64,000 nt of DNA from Amoebophrya sp. A120 (taxonomy: Eukaryota; Protista; Dinoflagellata). This document shows, piece by piece, positions 34,467 to 49,127 of the stretch. Made by a program: the position numbers and the translations under genes. The DNA is taken from positions 5,992,828-6,056,827 of the forward strand of contig CAJINV010000004.1 in the NCBI GenBank assembly GCA_905178155.1, read 5' to 3'. The first letter of the stretch is position 1; the number at the start of each line of letters is the position of its first letter. Under the pieces are notes generated by a model. That model was not told where the DNA came from. It made no database searches and worked only from the letters and a program-made list of their open reading frames with translations.

Positions 34467-37400
34467 TTAAACTGCTGAAGAAGACGTTGCGCAGGTGCAT
34501 CGACACGTAGCTACTGCCACGCTGTTCATCATGCCCTGGTCATCGTCAAGGTCCTGCTCGTTGTTCCCCGGCGGAAGATACAACGAACCACTGCGGCGGC
34601 ACCACGGGTGACTGCACGCCGGCCATGACCTTCGCGTAATTGGCCTATTACAGTGAAAAATGCCCCCCACCCCTGAAATTGCAAAAATTTGTGATGCGAG
34701 GTTTCCAAGTGAAAACTTTTTGTCATGCATGAAAGGAGTATGAATCTTTCTGATGCAGAGTATAGACGTGTATCGCATCGCTTGCATGACAAGCGCCGCT
34801 CTTGCTGGGGTCTTTTGCAATACAAATTTTTGCTATTGTTCACGATTGGAAACCTGTGATGCTGATAGATGCAAGAGGGCGAGCGTTTCATTTGGAAAGG
34901 TTTGCAATACAAATGCTCCCAAGTTCGAGGGTGGGCGCATTTTTCATTGTAATATGGCCTGGATGTCGTTTAACCCGGCTTCAAACCGGTTTGCCACGTT
35001 CGTCTGCATGAGTTTACTCCTTCCGCTCGCGTGGCCGCCGCGAAGGGTCGTGAGCCCGTGGAACGAATCCCCGCCGTCGCCGTCGCGAAAGAGCAGCGAC
35101 TCCTGTCGGGCGTGATTCTTGTTGTACAATGTTGTCAATGGCGCCTCTCTACTATTTTGATGCGCGGGGGCCATCACCGGAGAGCAGCCCGGGGAAGGAC
35201 TAGTTGCAGCTGCTACGGTGGTGCTCACGCGCGGGGGCTGGATCGTGTTGGTCAGGTTCGGCATATTACAACTACTGGCGCGGTTAATATTAAAACTCAT
35301 CATAGAAGTTCCGGAGGATGATGTCATCGAAAGCAAATTCGCGTTCAAAGTCGTGCCAAAATTCAATTTCGCCGTGGGAAGGACGTGGAAGGACTCTGTG
35401 CGGGGGAACGAGTTCGAATGCGCCGGCAGGTTAATATTCATCCTCCCGCGGGTTGCGGAAGCCGAACGGAGACCACGTTGCTGCTCGTCCTCGGGAATGG
35501 AAGTCGTGTTTTGAAGTTCAGCGTCGTGTTGTTCACGATTTTCATCACTGGAAGGAGCAATGAGCCCTGCACTCGATGTGGTCACCTTCGCAGGCGAGAG
35601 GCTGCGGGCCTGTTATGCGTCGATTGATCTTTATGTATTGGTTTAGTGAATCTGCAATATCTAAAAAGAACAACAATCCACCAGTTGAAGAAAAAAAAGA
35701 ATCGAAATAGAAAATGAAAATGACATCAAACAGAAACAAACATAAACATTACTATAGCAGGTACGTTCAAAAAACTTCTCCCCGAAGGAGCTGCTCCTCC
35801 TCCCGCCGAGGGCATGACCCGTAATTCGAACCCATGCGTGCCCACCAGGGGCCGCGTGAACCCGCCCGGTGCGGGGTTCCACCGATTGATATGCATTGCA
35901 AAAGTATCCTACTACGTAGAAATAGCACGACAAATTTTATCGCGAAGGAGAAAACGTAGAATTTGTAATGCTGATTTACCTAAAATAGGAGATTTGTCAT
36001 GGTGCATCGCCGCAATTACTACGAGTACGACACTTGTGCACAGGATACGTGATGTTGCTTTGCGAATCCGTTTCTACCTGCGGCACCACCCGCCGCCGAT
36101 CCCGCGGGGAGTCTAACGTACGCGGCGACATTAGAGACAGTGATGCTCCGTTCGTAGTAGAATCATCGGTAGTTGGTCGTGTCGGTGCTCCTCTAGCCTG
36201 TCGAGATGAAGACGACGAGTAATTATCATCCTGCTCCGCACGACCGGGTAGCAACTGTCGCGCAGCTAGTACACCAGCCGAAGTGGACGTCGGTGCGCCC
36301 CCGCGGAGGCTACGCACGCTCTCGCTGCGAAGGAAAGCGGGTGGGGGAGGGATTACAGGTGGTCCACCTGCTGCAGGGTTGAAATTATTCTGGCTATTGT
36401 TGAATACCCCCGTGCTGGTCGTCGTGACCACCGCTGGGATCTTCGCTGGTACCCCCAAGGTCACCGGCGTGTTCACTGCAGTGAGCGGGTTGGCGAACAC
36501 CGGAACGTTGAGTCTACGGGTCGTACTTGCTTGCGTCGCGGTCGTTGTTGCTGTGCCCATGATCAGCGGTGCTGTCGTGGTCTTGTTCAACATGTTGCCC
36601 GCGTAGCTTGCAGACGCGGAGATGAACTGTGGCTGCAAAATCTGGATCTCGATCTGGTTCGGTAACGCATTTTGTCGGGCTCCTACTTCTAAGCTCGTCG
36701 ACACGTTGCTATTATTTTCAACAATCTTGCCAGAAGTACTATTTTTCGACGAGTCCGGGGTTCGATTTGGTCCTGCTGTGTTCTTCGACGCTGCCGGGCT
36801 GCGCAGTTGCTGCATGTGTTCGCTGGTGGTAAAGTTAATATGCGTTTGTTTCGACAAGCTACCGCCACCAGCATTTGCAGCACCTCCACTGACCGCACTA
36901 TGAACATCTTCTTGCGGAGTCTCTCGCCCATCAACAAGCGGCAGTACTTCTTCCCCGGCCGCCCTCGCCGCGGCTTCATCACCTCCACGACCGCCCACCA
37001 CGCCCCCCGGGGGCGCAGAGAGCAGCACCGGCTCCGGGCTTCTGCCCTTCCGTTTCACCGCTTCGTAGTCCACGGCGAGGGTTCTGCCCCGCGGCGTGAC
37101 CTGGACGATGAAGTCTTCGAAATTTGACCGGTACTTCTCCAGCATACTCGGTTCCGTTTCTATCTCGCTCGCCCTGCGGTTCAGGAATTTCTTGGATTAT
37201 CAAAATGAACAATCCCCCCTCCCCATATTGAAACGGAAATTTCTGCTGCTGGATTTGTATACACAAATCAGCTCTGTCGCGCACTAGAGGACTGCAGGCC
37301 CATGTCGCGCCAATGAATGCAAAGAGGTTTTGGCCTAGTCGCTTAGCATGAGGAACGTCTATGCTGTAGGCCCAACAGCATTACAAACGACTTGCATAGT

Positions 37401-40400
37401 GGCTCGGAGCCGATGCCGTCGCTTTCTTGCAAGACAGACACGATTTGTGGTCACAAATCCGCATCACAAATTCTCTGAGGCGTGCCATTTCGATATGGGG
37501 AGGGGGGATTTTTCCTCACAATATGGATTCCACGCAGTTCTCGCGCTCCACCTTCAGTTCGAACTCCTTCCGTTGCTTCTCCAGCTTCTCGCACTCCTGC
37601 TGTTTCAACTTTTCCATGAATTTCCGTGTGTATTTCACGTTGTCCGCGTTGGTGTACAACGTCGTCTGCCGGTGCAACTTGACGCGCTGCAGCATCTTGG
37701 CCGCCTTGTGGAACAAATCTTTCTTGAAGGCGTCGGACGTAAAAAACGCCACGTGGTTTTTCGCGTGCAGCTTGCAGCTCTGATGGACACTCGTGTTATA
37801 ATTCCCCGTGGTGCTGTTCATGGTCGTCGTGGCCGCGTTAGTACTCACACTGCTCTCCATGTGCGCCACCACCACCTCCTGCTCCAGCGCCAACGCGTCG
37901 CCGGCGGAGGTGCGGGACAGCAGCTATCGCGAGGAAAAATGCCCCCACTCCCAAAGTTGCAAAAGATTGTGATGCGAAATTTCCAAATGAAAACTTCTTG
38001 TCATGCATGAACGGAGTATAATGAATCTTTCTGATGCAAATTCTAGGCGTGTTTCGCATCGCTTGCATGACAAGCGCCGCTCTTGCTGGGATCTTTTGCA
38101 ATACAAATTTTTGCTATTCACGATCGGAAATCTGTGATGCTGATAGATGCAAGTAGAGGGCGAGTGTTTCATTTGGACAGGTTTGCAACACAAATGCTTT
38201 AAAGTTCGCGGGTGGGGGCGTTTTTCATGGGAATAGCAGCTGGTAGGAATTCTTGTCGCTGTTGGAGGGGTACTTATCCTGTGCAAAAGTTTCGTACGCG
38301 TACTAATTGCAAATATGCATGACAAATTTTCTTCTTAAGGCGAAACAGCATTACATATCTTCATTCTCATGCTGAGCTAATTTGTAATGCAATTCATACT
38401 AGTACGATACTTTTGCAATGCATAGTACTTCCGGTCCAACAACTCTTGCACGAGGGAAGAAGTTGTCACCGGAGATGAACCAGAAGTGCTCATAACTTGT
38501 TCATCTCGTTGTACTAGTCCGCTTGATTTAATACTTTTCCGCTCGTCGACGTTGGCACTTCCACCTTCTTGCAGAGAAATCGTCGAGACGAAACGGCTGT
38601 TCTCTGGGCTGGGGTCGCGAGATAAAATCTGGTCGCTGCTGGTGCTGCTGTGCCGGAGCAGCTCCTTCTTGACCGTCGTCGTGTACTCGTCGGCGGTCAT
38701 GGTGATCCCGCCGATATTCACCGTCGGTTCCTCGTCACTGTCGTGGATTAGCAGAGAGTTCTGATCTATTTTTCCGGCACCAGCTTCAACAGGCGACATG
38801 GTAGCTACAGAGTGGTTCTTGTCCTCCGCATGTTTCATTTCCCCCGCGCCGCGGCCGGTGTTAATATTATTAGCTTGTTCCACCCCGTGGTCCTCGCCGA
38901 GGTTTGTAATTCTGGTCACCTGTACGGGCGACTTGGAGATTTCCTTTACCCGTTCGGCGATCAATTTTTCGTGGAGCTCGTGCTGGAGCAGGGTTTCCTG
39001 CTGAAAATCCTGCAAAAAGTGCTTGTTTTCCTCCACAATGCGCCGCCACTCCTCCTTCTGCTCCTCCGACACGCCGGGCATGTAGAAGGGGCTGTCGCAC
39101 TTCCGGAAATCGATTCCACCGTTGGAATCGTGCTGCTCCAGGTTTTTCGCCTTCTCCACATCGATCCCGACGGGGGGCACCAAAATCCCGCGCGACTGCA
39201 AATACGCCCGCTCGTTGATCAGGCCCGCGCGGGCGTGGTGGCCCTGCGAGATCTATGAACTGCAAATAAAGTATCGTACTAGTAGAAATCGCATCACAAA
39301 TTTTGTCAGCATGACCACAAATCGATCTTGTAATGCAGATTTTTTGCCTAAAGGTTAATAATGCATGGTTGCAATTACTACGAGTACGACATCACTTTTG
39401 CAGTTCATAAGATCACGGGCCGGTCGATTCTCGTAGTGGTCCGGGTGCTGGGCGACATGCTACGGGATGAAGGACCACCGATGTTGGTATAATTTGCGCC
39501 ACTTCTACCTTTCCCTGTGGTGTAATCCGGCTGGTCGCGCAGCAAAGTGAGCGCGAACGCCGGCGATTGCCGGAACAGATCTTGCTCGCGTCGCTTCTGT
39601 TCGGCGAGTTTCTGCTCCTCCGCCCTCTTGCGCGCGGTCGCGTCGTCAAAGAACAGTGCGTGTTCCATCGTGTGCTCGTACCAATTCTTGTGGTTGCCGT
39701 GGTGCAGGCCGGTGTGCTCTACTACTACTTTGTGGTGATGACGGTGAGGATGATGGCTAGCAGTCGTTGTACTGTCAGTTGCTGCCCCGCCACGACCAGC
39801 CCCGGATCGTGGTACAACTGCTCCGTCCACTCCGTGTATCTGCTGCAGCTCTTTCGAGTTCTTTCTCATCTGCTTCTCACCCGATATCGACAGCCCTTGT
39901 CCCACTGCCTCATCTCCCCTGCTGCACGAGGAGTGGTCCAACCTGCCCCTGGTTCCTTTCGAGATCAGCTGTTTCAATTTTTCGTCCTCTGGGCTCCGCT
40001 CCCGGGATCGGGAAGGGCCAAGCGACAAGGTTTGCTTGGAACCAAGTACAACACTGGGTGAAAATCCTGTGCCGTCGATCGTTTGTTTTGACAGTTGGAT
40101 GATGTTGTCCTGCTGCATACTATGTTCCCGAGTAGAAGTACTTTCAAGACCCTCCTCGGGTTTCGCCTGCACCAGCTGAAGACCTCCACCACGCACGGCT
40201 TCTTCGGCCGCCTTTTTGTCCGCGAAGGCCTTGTCCGCCGCCTCCTGCCGTTCGCGGACTAGCCGGTCGCACTCCTGCTTGATCAGAAGACCTTGGGCTT
40301 GCACCTGAAGATTGAACAATATCCGTATATTCAACTTTCAATTGTCGTTTTGGCTGCATACAGACGCAAAACTTTTCAATTTCATTTGTATGCAGTATAC

Positions 40401-41883
40401 GACGAAAGTGAAGAAACAGGAACTACGGCGCACTGTGTGTATCTCAAGAACCGTCATCCAGCAAGAGGACCGAAAACAATCATCAGTAGTACGACCAGTT
40501 CGTCCTCTTGCTAGATCTAGATGGAGATGGAATAAAAAGAAAAACAAATTTACAACAAATATATTCAAATTTATTTTTTTAGTGAAGCAGCTGTAGCAAA
40601 TAGCAGTACCTTCCTCCAAACTTGCTGCTTTTGCGTCGCCGCCTGGTCGTCGACGGCCTTCAATTTTTCCCCCAATTTTAGATCCAGCTGCCGCATTTTC
40701 TCCATCTTCGCACGAAAACTTTTCTGTTTCAGGTCCATTTGCTTCTTCGCGATATCGTTTGCGCAAACCTGGATTGCGTGAGAGAGTTTCTTGTCCAGTT
40801 CTTCGCACTTTTGCCGCACCTGCTGCAAGTACCGCGTGGCGATGTGGTCCTTTTCCTCGAGGGTCAACTCTGTCATTTCGTTCAGAAGCAGGTCCGAAGC
40901 TTTCGACAGCAAGTCCGTGTCTTCATCTACTTCGTCTTCGTGGTGAGTATGATGATGATGGTGATGGTGATGATGAGCGTACTGTGACTGGCGTGGAGGT
41001 TCTCTATAATTATTCTTTACTGCGCCAGCACCTCCTCCAGAAAAAACGGACTCCTCGCTGCTCTCATCCAAATAGAAGGACAGAGACTCGCTGTCAGTGA
41101 CCATTGGGGCCGGGATATTCTGGGCGTCTACCGCCAGTTTCGCTGCGGGCGACACCCCGGTCAGCAGAGTCGGGCGTAGTATGCAATTAAAAAAGAAAAG
41201 TGTTACACACTTTACACATTTTATTTAAGTACACACGTTGTTGCGGGCGAGTGAGATGACAAAACTACAGACAAGTTCTCTCATGTTGCCGAGTACGCTT
41301 CAGGAGCCTACTTCCCTACTAGAACTTACACGTGTTTTGCAAAGTAGGAGTCTCATCTGCGTGAATGCATAGCATAGCTTTCTATATTTATCACGCAGAG
41401 AAAGTTTGTGTTGCTGAAGGTACATACAAATTATGCGTATACAATAACATCTTTTTTCTTTCGGGGGATACGTGCTTGTGGATCACTTTCGTGGTTCTTC
41501 CGGTCCGTGGTGATGTTGTGTGCGAGGTTTCGCGCTTCGCCTTCCGGCAAAGACTGGATGTGGAGCTTGTTCATCGCCCCCAAGAAATAAGGTCTTTGAA
41601 GAGGAGGTTGTACCACTGCTGGGTAGTTCTTGCCGTTGTCGTGGGCGGAAGTAGAGGACTGTGAGGGCGGCTCCGGATTTGCGTGGGTCCCCTCTAGTAC
41701 GGTTCTTTCTTGAGACTTCTCCTGCTCGTCTTGCGTATTTACTTCTGTCGAAGTACTAGTTCGTGTGGTGGTTGTGACTGGATCCGCCGCACCTGGGTTC
41801 GCAGCTGTCGTACTGGTACTAGTAGCTCCACCCTTGATTCGATCGGAAACTCGGACGCTGGATGAAACGCAACAGGATTGCAT
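34467..41883 (-). CDS. Large hypothetical low-complexity/coiled-coil protein; multi-exon, ends approximate
   Basis: Chain of minus-strand ORFs separated by 6 introners and AT-rich putative conventional introns; poly-His tracts. Confidence 0.55.
34646..34954. mobile_element. Introner, family D
   Basis: Family D TIR; DR tggcc/tggcc. Confidence 0.92.
35890..36047. mobile_element. Introner, family A
   Basis: Family A TIR; DR attga/cgtga (partial). Confidence 0.85.
37198..37523. mobile_element. Introner, family G
   Basis: TATCAAAA..ATCCCCCTCCCCATAT / ATATGGGGAGGGGGGAT..ACAATA; DR tggat/tggat. Confidence 0.88.
37925..38235. mobile_element. Introner, family D
   Basis: Family D body; DR gcagc/gcagc. 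Confidence 0.9.
38275..38424. mobile_element. Introner, family A
   Basis: Family A TIR; DR gtact/gtact. Confidence 0.9.
39254..39409. mobile_element. Introner, family A
   Basis: TATGAACTGCAAA / TTTGCAGTTCATA; DR agatc/agatc. Confidence 0.9.
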
Positions 41884-44329
41884 GCTTGTTGGTCCTCTAG
41901 CTCCTGAGCCTCATGGCGTTTTCGAATCTTTTATGCACTTGAACTTGAAGTTACGACGAACGGCTTCGGCCGCGCGTTCTGCTTTTAAGATTATGTGTAG
42001 TTCTTCTAGTTGGGGCAAAACTCATAGTGTTGTCGAGCAAGCGAGTAGGTTAGGGTTATTTCCAGATGACGCGGCTGGTGTGGTCTCACTAATCGCGAAG
42101 GGACGCTATTCTTCAATCCGTCAAACGAATAAAAATTAAGGATAACACTTACGCTGTGTCAAGGCATAATCATGGGGGCGCATCTATCATTCGGAGGGTG
42201 TAGTTCTACACCGCCTGAAGAAATATATCAATAGTTGGGTGAAACTTGTTAGTACATAAACAAAAGTAGAGGTACAGGACAACAACTCCAACATCATGAA
42301 TGAATGACAGAACAAGCATTGTGCTGGACACAGGAAAAGAAAAAAGACGCAGACAACAAACACAAAGAAAAAATAAAAACGAATTAGGATTAGCACGACA
42401 AAAAACGCACGATAATAAATCAACTGACGTTCTTGCTGCACGACGCCACCTCGGCTTCTGATTGCACGAAAAAACGAAGGCAGAAAAAAGCACGACGATC
42501 ACGGTCAACAGGTTGTACGACTTGTTTTCAGTTACAATCATGCTCATGGTGCATTCACAAATTGCGGTTTTCATGGTGCAGCTGGGCAAATTTTTATTCA
42601 TTGATGTAAAAAAAATTAAAAAATACGATGACAACTAGAAGGATAGAGGGTTTCCAGGTTTTTATTTTGTCGACAGCTGGTACGAAGATTGTTCAACTTT
42701 GATCAGACGAGCGAGAAAGAGAGAGAGAGACCGACTGCGCATTCGTACAAAAAAACGGCTCTTCATCCGGAAAAAAATGGAACCTCCGAATCGTTTTTAA
42801 TACAGGTGCAGATCAACAAAGAAATACAAATTGAAATTCTTCCCACCGGACGAACATATGCTTTTGTCATACACGATCTCCTCGCCCTCCTGCAGCAGGG
42901 CCGGAAGAACAAACAGCAGGCTCCTGAAACAAGTGCCCGTCGTGCTTCGTGCAGCTCCGTGACTTTACAGCGAACTCGTAATGAAATACTGTTATTTTTT
43001 CGCAAAGGAGGGGGAAGGAGTGTTTTTAATGCAACTACGGGTTTGTGCATTTTTCAAGAAATTGCTGTCTGGCAACCTTTATTATTTTTCCGCTGTTGAC
43101 CACAGAAGCTTGATAAGATTTATGTATCATTCGACGCATGGTAATAGTAACCCAGCTCCACCTGGTTCGCGTCCCTCAGCGGAACTGCCCCAGCAGAAGG
43201 AAAAGGCGCGCCCAGGCGGTGCTCAGAACTACATACACTGCAACTGCAGGGTCAAATTTGCGGGCTTCAATAAGTGCGTGGGTTTAGCTTGAAGAAACCT
43301 GTGCATGCGCGCACGGTAATCTCGTTATCACCCCTCACATGACGAGCAGCCCCGCTCGGAACTATTTTTGCGCTGTGTACCTGGTTGGCTACTACCTTGT
43401 AAACGGCACTGCTACCGGTACGTCTGACACGCCGATATGAAAAGATTGCCATAGCAAAATGATGATCATGGGGCACGGTGGGTACAGCTAATTGGTATTG
43501 TCTTTTTGGGACATCAACTACTGGGTCGTTCGCTGCAGCTATTATAGAAATAGATTGGGGAAAAAAAAACTTTTAGCGTGCACGTGCTTGTAGTTTGATA
43601 TTAAACTTAGTTTCAGTTTGCTCATGTTGGATTGTCATTGTGAAAAGAAAAACAAAAATTTGAAAAAATAAAAATGTGAATGCGAAAAAATTTGTAGATG
43701 CAACTACCGGATGATACAATCTTTTATCGTGTGGCTTTTGACGTATGAGAGAGTTGGACCTGAATCTGCTCTACTACTTATCTCAGGGAGTATACTTCCT
43801 CTTCCTTCCCGAAAGGAGGCAAAGGAAGCACGACTCCCATTTTTGAATATGTTTTTCAAGCAGGAGGATGCTGATGTTGCCGCTCCCTGTAGTAGTGCAA
43901 ATAAGTGACGCTGAAGACTGAAACAGTAGAAGAAAACTGAAATTTAAAAAAAAAATGCTGGCGCGTTCGCGTGATTTTCTGCAGATGATTTGAAAGAAAG
44001 CGCTCCTGAAAGTCGTGAAAGTGCAAGTAGAAGAACAATAATTTGAATTTATGAAGAAGAAGAAGATGCTAAAAGTGGAACGAAACCGAAAGTGCGAAAA
44101 ATTGAAAAAAATAAAAAACGTAAAAAACATGTAGGGTTCAGACAAGATGAGGACACATGCTCGCACAATATCCAACTCCAACAACCCTGTGCACAACTAC
44201 TTACAACTACTTTTGAAATATGGGCACAGAGAAGATCATGGTAAGTACTAGAGTGAGATATTTATATATTGATGCATATGAAGTTCTTTTATTGTCCTCC
44301 TGTTGCTGCTACCAATGGTTGGTGTAACT

Positions 44330-47300
44330 TTACGGAGAGCCGCCGCTCCATTTCCCGTCCTTTGCACTGGCGTGGTACGACGCACTGGGGCCCCCCTTCC
44401 CTTTCGGCCCACGGCCTCGTCCCGGGCTAGAAGCGCTCTTCCCCCACGCGGTCGACGCCCCCGGGTGCGAGGTCGAGCCCACCTGCCACGGGCTTGGTGG
44501 CGCAGCCCCCTTGTTCCAGTGGCCATAGGAGCCCCCGCCCTTTCGCGGGCCCGCCCACGAGGAGCCTCGTCCCGCCTGCGACCAGGACGACTGCGCCCAG
44601 CCTCCGCCGGTTCCAGATTTCACGTACGATCCCCCGAAGAAGGCAAGCACGACCGCGACGACCACGAGCACAGCCACCCACCACGCGTTGTCCTCGTCCA
44701 CATAGACTGTTCCGTCGTCATTGGGTGCTGCCACTACTGCCGGTTTTTCGGTGGTACTGCTCGTCGTGGATGAAGAAGAAGATGCCGTGCTCGTGCTTTC
44801 TACTTCCCGCTGCGGGGCCACCCGAGTTGGCAGGCCGGTCACGCTCGCCGCCGTGACCTCGGTATTGTGAAAGGTGTTACTGCTGTCCGCGGCAAACGCG
44901 GCACTGAACGCCTCCGCCACGCCGGCAGCAGTTAGCTGAGTCTGGAAGCGCTCCAAGGCCGCTTCCAATTCTGCCGTCGAGGAAACTACTCCGTCCTCCA
45001 GGTACAGGCCGTACGACAAAATGTGCACTGCGTAGGACGACGCACTGGCCGCAGAAAGCCCGCGATCTGCATGGAGCAGGTTCCTCGATCGGCTGCGCGT
45101 CCGCGACGAATCGGACGCCGGAAATGTTGCAACCACCTCGGACTGGCTGCCCGTGATCTTGACCAAGTTGGCTTGCTGCATCAGGAACGCCGTTGGAACG
45201 CCGGCGTCGGTCAGCCACGGCACCACGACCTCCGGCTGTTTGTGCAGTGTGCGAACCCCGTTTTCGACGAGCCGGAAAAACGTTGCTGCGGTTGCCTCGT
45301 TGGTGCCGACTTCGTCCATGAGGGTCGCGAATTCCGGCGCTGAACTCAAAGTTATCCATGGCAAAAGTATCACAGTTCTCGTAGGTAGAAATTGCAAACT
45401 TGCGATGACCGATCTTTTTTTAACCCGCCCATTCTGCATCTTGCACATTCCATTTTTCGCTCTTGAATAAGTTTACCATGCACCATCCAATTGCAATTCC
45501 TAGGTACTTACGTACGATACTTTTTCTTTTGCAATGCATAGGAGTAGATGTTGACAGGGTGACGCGCAAGTTCTGCATCCTTGCGCGCAGATCTTCACTG
45601 GTTCCTTCTTCGGCCGTCACGCAGCAATACTCGGCGGAGTTGCAGGCACTGCCGTCCGCGGGACACAACTTCCACTGCGCGAACCCCCGGACGCCGGCTC
45701 CCGCACTCTCTGCTGCCCGGCAAGATTCCCGGACGGATGAGTCTGCGTCTGCCTCGGCGCACGTTGGCTGGCAGCACTCTGCAGCGGTGCACGCTTCGGC
45801 ATTGGCACACATTTGTAAGCTGAGAAGAGCTGCCTGCGTCGGGCAACCGTCACGGAATCCGCTACCGCAGCTGCCGATGATCTGGCAGCAAGTGGCCGCG
45901 TCATTTGCAACTGTGCAACCCTGACCGCGGCAGCGTGCGGAGGCATCCGGTGTCAAGACCTTGCCAACGGGACAACTGAGCGGTCCGCTGGCGCCGCCAA
46001 ATGCCGCAGCGCACAGCTGTTTTTCACGACAATCCGCGCCGAACGGGACGAAGTTTAGATGGCACCTCTTGCACCCAAGACGGCCGTGTTCCTTGCAAAC
46101 CTCGCCACTTGACGCGCTAGTGACGAGCGGAACTCCATTCGGGCAGTCGCACACATTAGGATAGCACTTCTTTTGCTGGCCTGCCAAAGAGTACTCCCTC
46201 TCCCCAGTGGCACACTGAACCGCCGGGGCGTACACTTCGATTTCGTCAACAGTGGAGATCGCGCGAAGGTTACGAGGCTCGGGCGACGTGATAGGCCAGG
46301 AATCCACGCCTGTGAAGTCTACCCCTCCATTTACGCACGTTTTGTCCAGCCAATTGGATTGATATGCTGCCGGATTCCCACCGTAATTGACAGAGGCATA
46401 ATTTCCGTTTTCTACGTACCAAGGAAAACCCGCGTCGTTCCAAGCAGTGAAGTCAGCTGTCCACGTATCTCCACCTCCCGCAGCGCCGTCCTGCTCGAGA
46501 AACTTCTTTTGCAACTTCTTACAATCGAACTCACGTTGGGCTTCCGCTTCGGGATCCTTAACACCGGGAAACTCCACGATTACGTAGTTTGCTTCCTTTC
46601 CCAGGCAGTCGACGTCGACGTAAAACATCTCCCGACTACACCGGTCCCAGCTGCTACCTCCAGCATCCCTAGAAACGAAAGATGCGGAGAGAACAGGGTG
46701 AATCGGTTCGAACAAAGAGACCGTTTCGGCCTCGGTCGAGCCGGGGGGAGTTGCTTTCATTACCTTTAGGCCCGTTAGGTCGTCGGCGCCGTCTACGCTT
46801 TCATACGGAAAAAGCTCACTCATCGTTTTAGAAGAGATTGAGCCTGCATCTGCTAGCGTTGGGGGAGGGGTTACAGTGTCGCAGATCACTTCATCTTCAG
46901 GTCGTAGAATTGCCTCGCAGATGTCATAGCTTCGGTCGTTCTTGTTTTTCACTTCTGACATGCTTACCCGCGGAGTTTTTCCGACTTTAACTCGAAGCCC
47001 GTCCTTCTGGAACAAAGACTTCAAGCGATCCAGGTTGTCGCCGGTCAAAGTTGCGGTAGTGCCAACATCACCACTCGCAATCGGACTCCAGTTACCACCC
47101 GTGAACCAGATCCGCACTGTCCCAACTGCCACACCAGGTGTGTCTTCAGAGGGCGTCGGGGTGCTGGGCACTAGCTGCATTTGGTACCAGGGACACGCCG
47201 AGGTCGTGTGGTCCAGACCATTGAACGGAGTCTCAACGCTGGTGCCACCATAAGTGTTGGTGTTCGTCCCGTCCCAGCGCCCTACCAGACCGTCGTAAAG

Positions 47301-47681
47301 CTGTGGGTAGTCGGGTTCCGGTATTGTGTACTGCACAGCGTGCGCAGTTGCTCCGTACACCTGCAGCTTTGCCGCACCCGGAGCGCTCGTGGAGAGTCGC
47401 GTTTCCGTAGATGGCGGGCCTGCGAAGGCAAAGGGCGGGACTCCATCTTCTCCCGCTTCTTCTACTCGCGGTTCCTGCATGTTCAGGTCGTACGCACCGT
47501 AAAAGTCGAAGGCCTCATTTCGGTCAGCCACTGATATGTCAGTTGCGCCACCCGCTTTTTTGCGGTCTTGTTTTCTGTACCATTTTGGACAATTACTTGT
47601 AGTTGCTGCTACTGATATTACAGCTTTTCCCAGACACAATAACCGAAGCCTATTCATCTCGTCGGAATTCTTGTAAAACAA
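44330..47681 (-). CDS. Cys-rich type I membrane/surface protein with Gly/Trp/Ser-rich cytoplasmic tail
   Basis: Two long ORFs joined in frame across one introner; repeated C..C..CC modules; TM segment NAWWVAVLVVVAVVLAFFGG. Confidence 0.7.
45353..45540. mobile_element. Introner, family A
   Basis: TATCCATGGCAAAAGTATC..TTTTGCAATGCATA; DR aaagt/ggagt; frame restored. Confidence 0.85.
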
Positions 47682-49127
47682 AGTGAAAGTAGTTTATTCG
47701 TCGGTGTTCTTCTTTGAGGAACTACAGTTACAACGGACAACAAGAAACTCAAACAACTCGTTCACCGTGATTTATCATTTCCACAGATCAGATAGAAGAT
47801 TGTATGTTCAGCTTACGTTTAGTGTCAGAGAAACTGTGGATGAGATCGATGTAAGTAAAAAAGAAGAAGAACATCGTATAAAGACACTACTGCTTGCCGC
47901 AAAATTGGAAGATGATGTTGACGGAGTAGATGAAGATGCTGGGGGTGATAACTTAATCTTAAACTTTACTTATTTATAGGTTCTGAGGGGTTTTCAAATC
48001 GAACGTCGCAACGGAGTTCAATTTTCGCAGGCAATGTTGCGACGGCGGGTCACTGCAGTTTATCTTTTGTCGAAAGAAATAACAACAAGGTCGTGTCGAA
48101 GTGGACTTATCGACGGTGTGTGTTTCCACCCGTGTTTATTACTCCCCCGCGCGGCTGCCAGCGAGCTCAAGCCTGTGGCCTAGACGAGGGGCAGGGGCCC
48201 GGCGGGTTAGAAGGACCACGACAGGGCCACCCAGGGCCAGGGGCATGCGTCAATACAAAAAAAGACACTTGCTTATTCAATTTTGGACGAAAACGAAACA
48301 AACCGCAAGAAGAAGAACGACGTCGACAGGGCCAGGGCGCACGATAAGGTATGTTGTACTACTCATCTGTTTTTCGAAATAAAAAGACGAAGTCGCGGAC
48401 GATAAAATTGCTGTTCCAAATGATGAAGAAACAACAAATAAAGACGATACCGAGTTACGAAGATGAAGGACGAAGTTTTTGCTTTGCCTCACGATTCGTG
48501 CACGAAACGTAATCTTCATCAACCGAGAAACTATCTTGTTCTGATCTCTGATCAACATCGTGTCCAACTCGACGAAGGATCGCGCGCTAAAAATCTGTTG
48601 GCTCCGAGCTGCAAGTGAACGATGAAAACCTGCTAGTTGTGCAGCTCTGCGCTAGAAGTGTAAAGTACTTGACCACACGGAGCTATACGATCATCGAACG
48701 GAGAGCTGCAATAAGAATATCAATATCTTTTTCTTTATATAGCATCTTTAGCGGGGCGAACGCCTTCGACGATAGCGATCAGCAGATCGCGAGAAAGAAC
48801 TGCGAAGCAAAATCAGCATCCAAGATTTTGATTCAGATACAGCAAGAGTCACCACTTATTTTTTGAGAAAGTGACGCTGTGAGACCCAGAAATCAATGGA
48901 TTCCGCTCGGGCAAGGTCGTTTAAGGTTTCCCGGGAAACCTTCGGCTTAGCTCGTGCTAAAGTGTGTTGCAATGCAACCGAAAACGCGGCGCGCGCAAGG
49001 ACTCCGCTGCTGTTTGTTTGCACAACCGCGCCGCGTCTGCGTTGCAGTCTCGTGCGCCCAGATCGCCACAGTCGGCTGCGGATTGCGAGCAACCTGGCGG
49101 CCCCGGCAAACCGGCGCACATTTTCGC

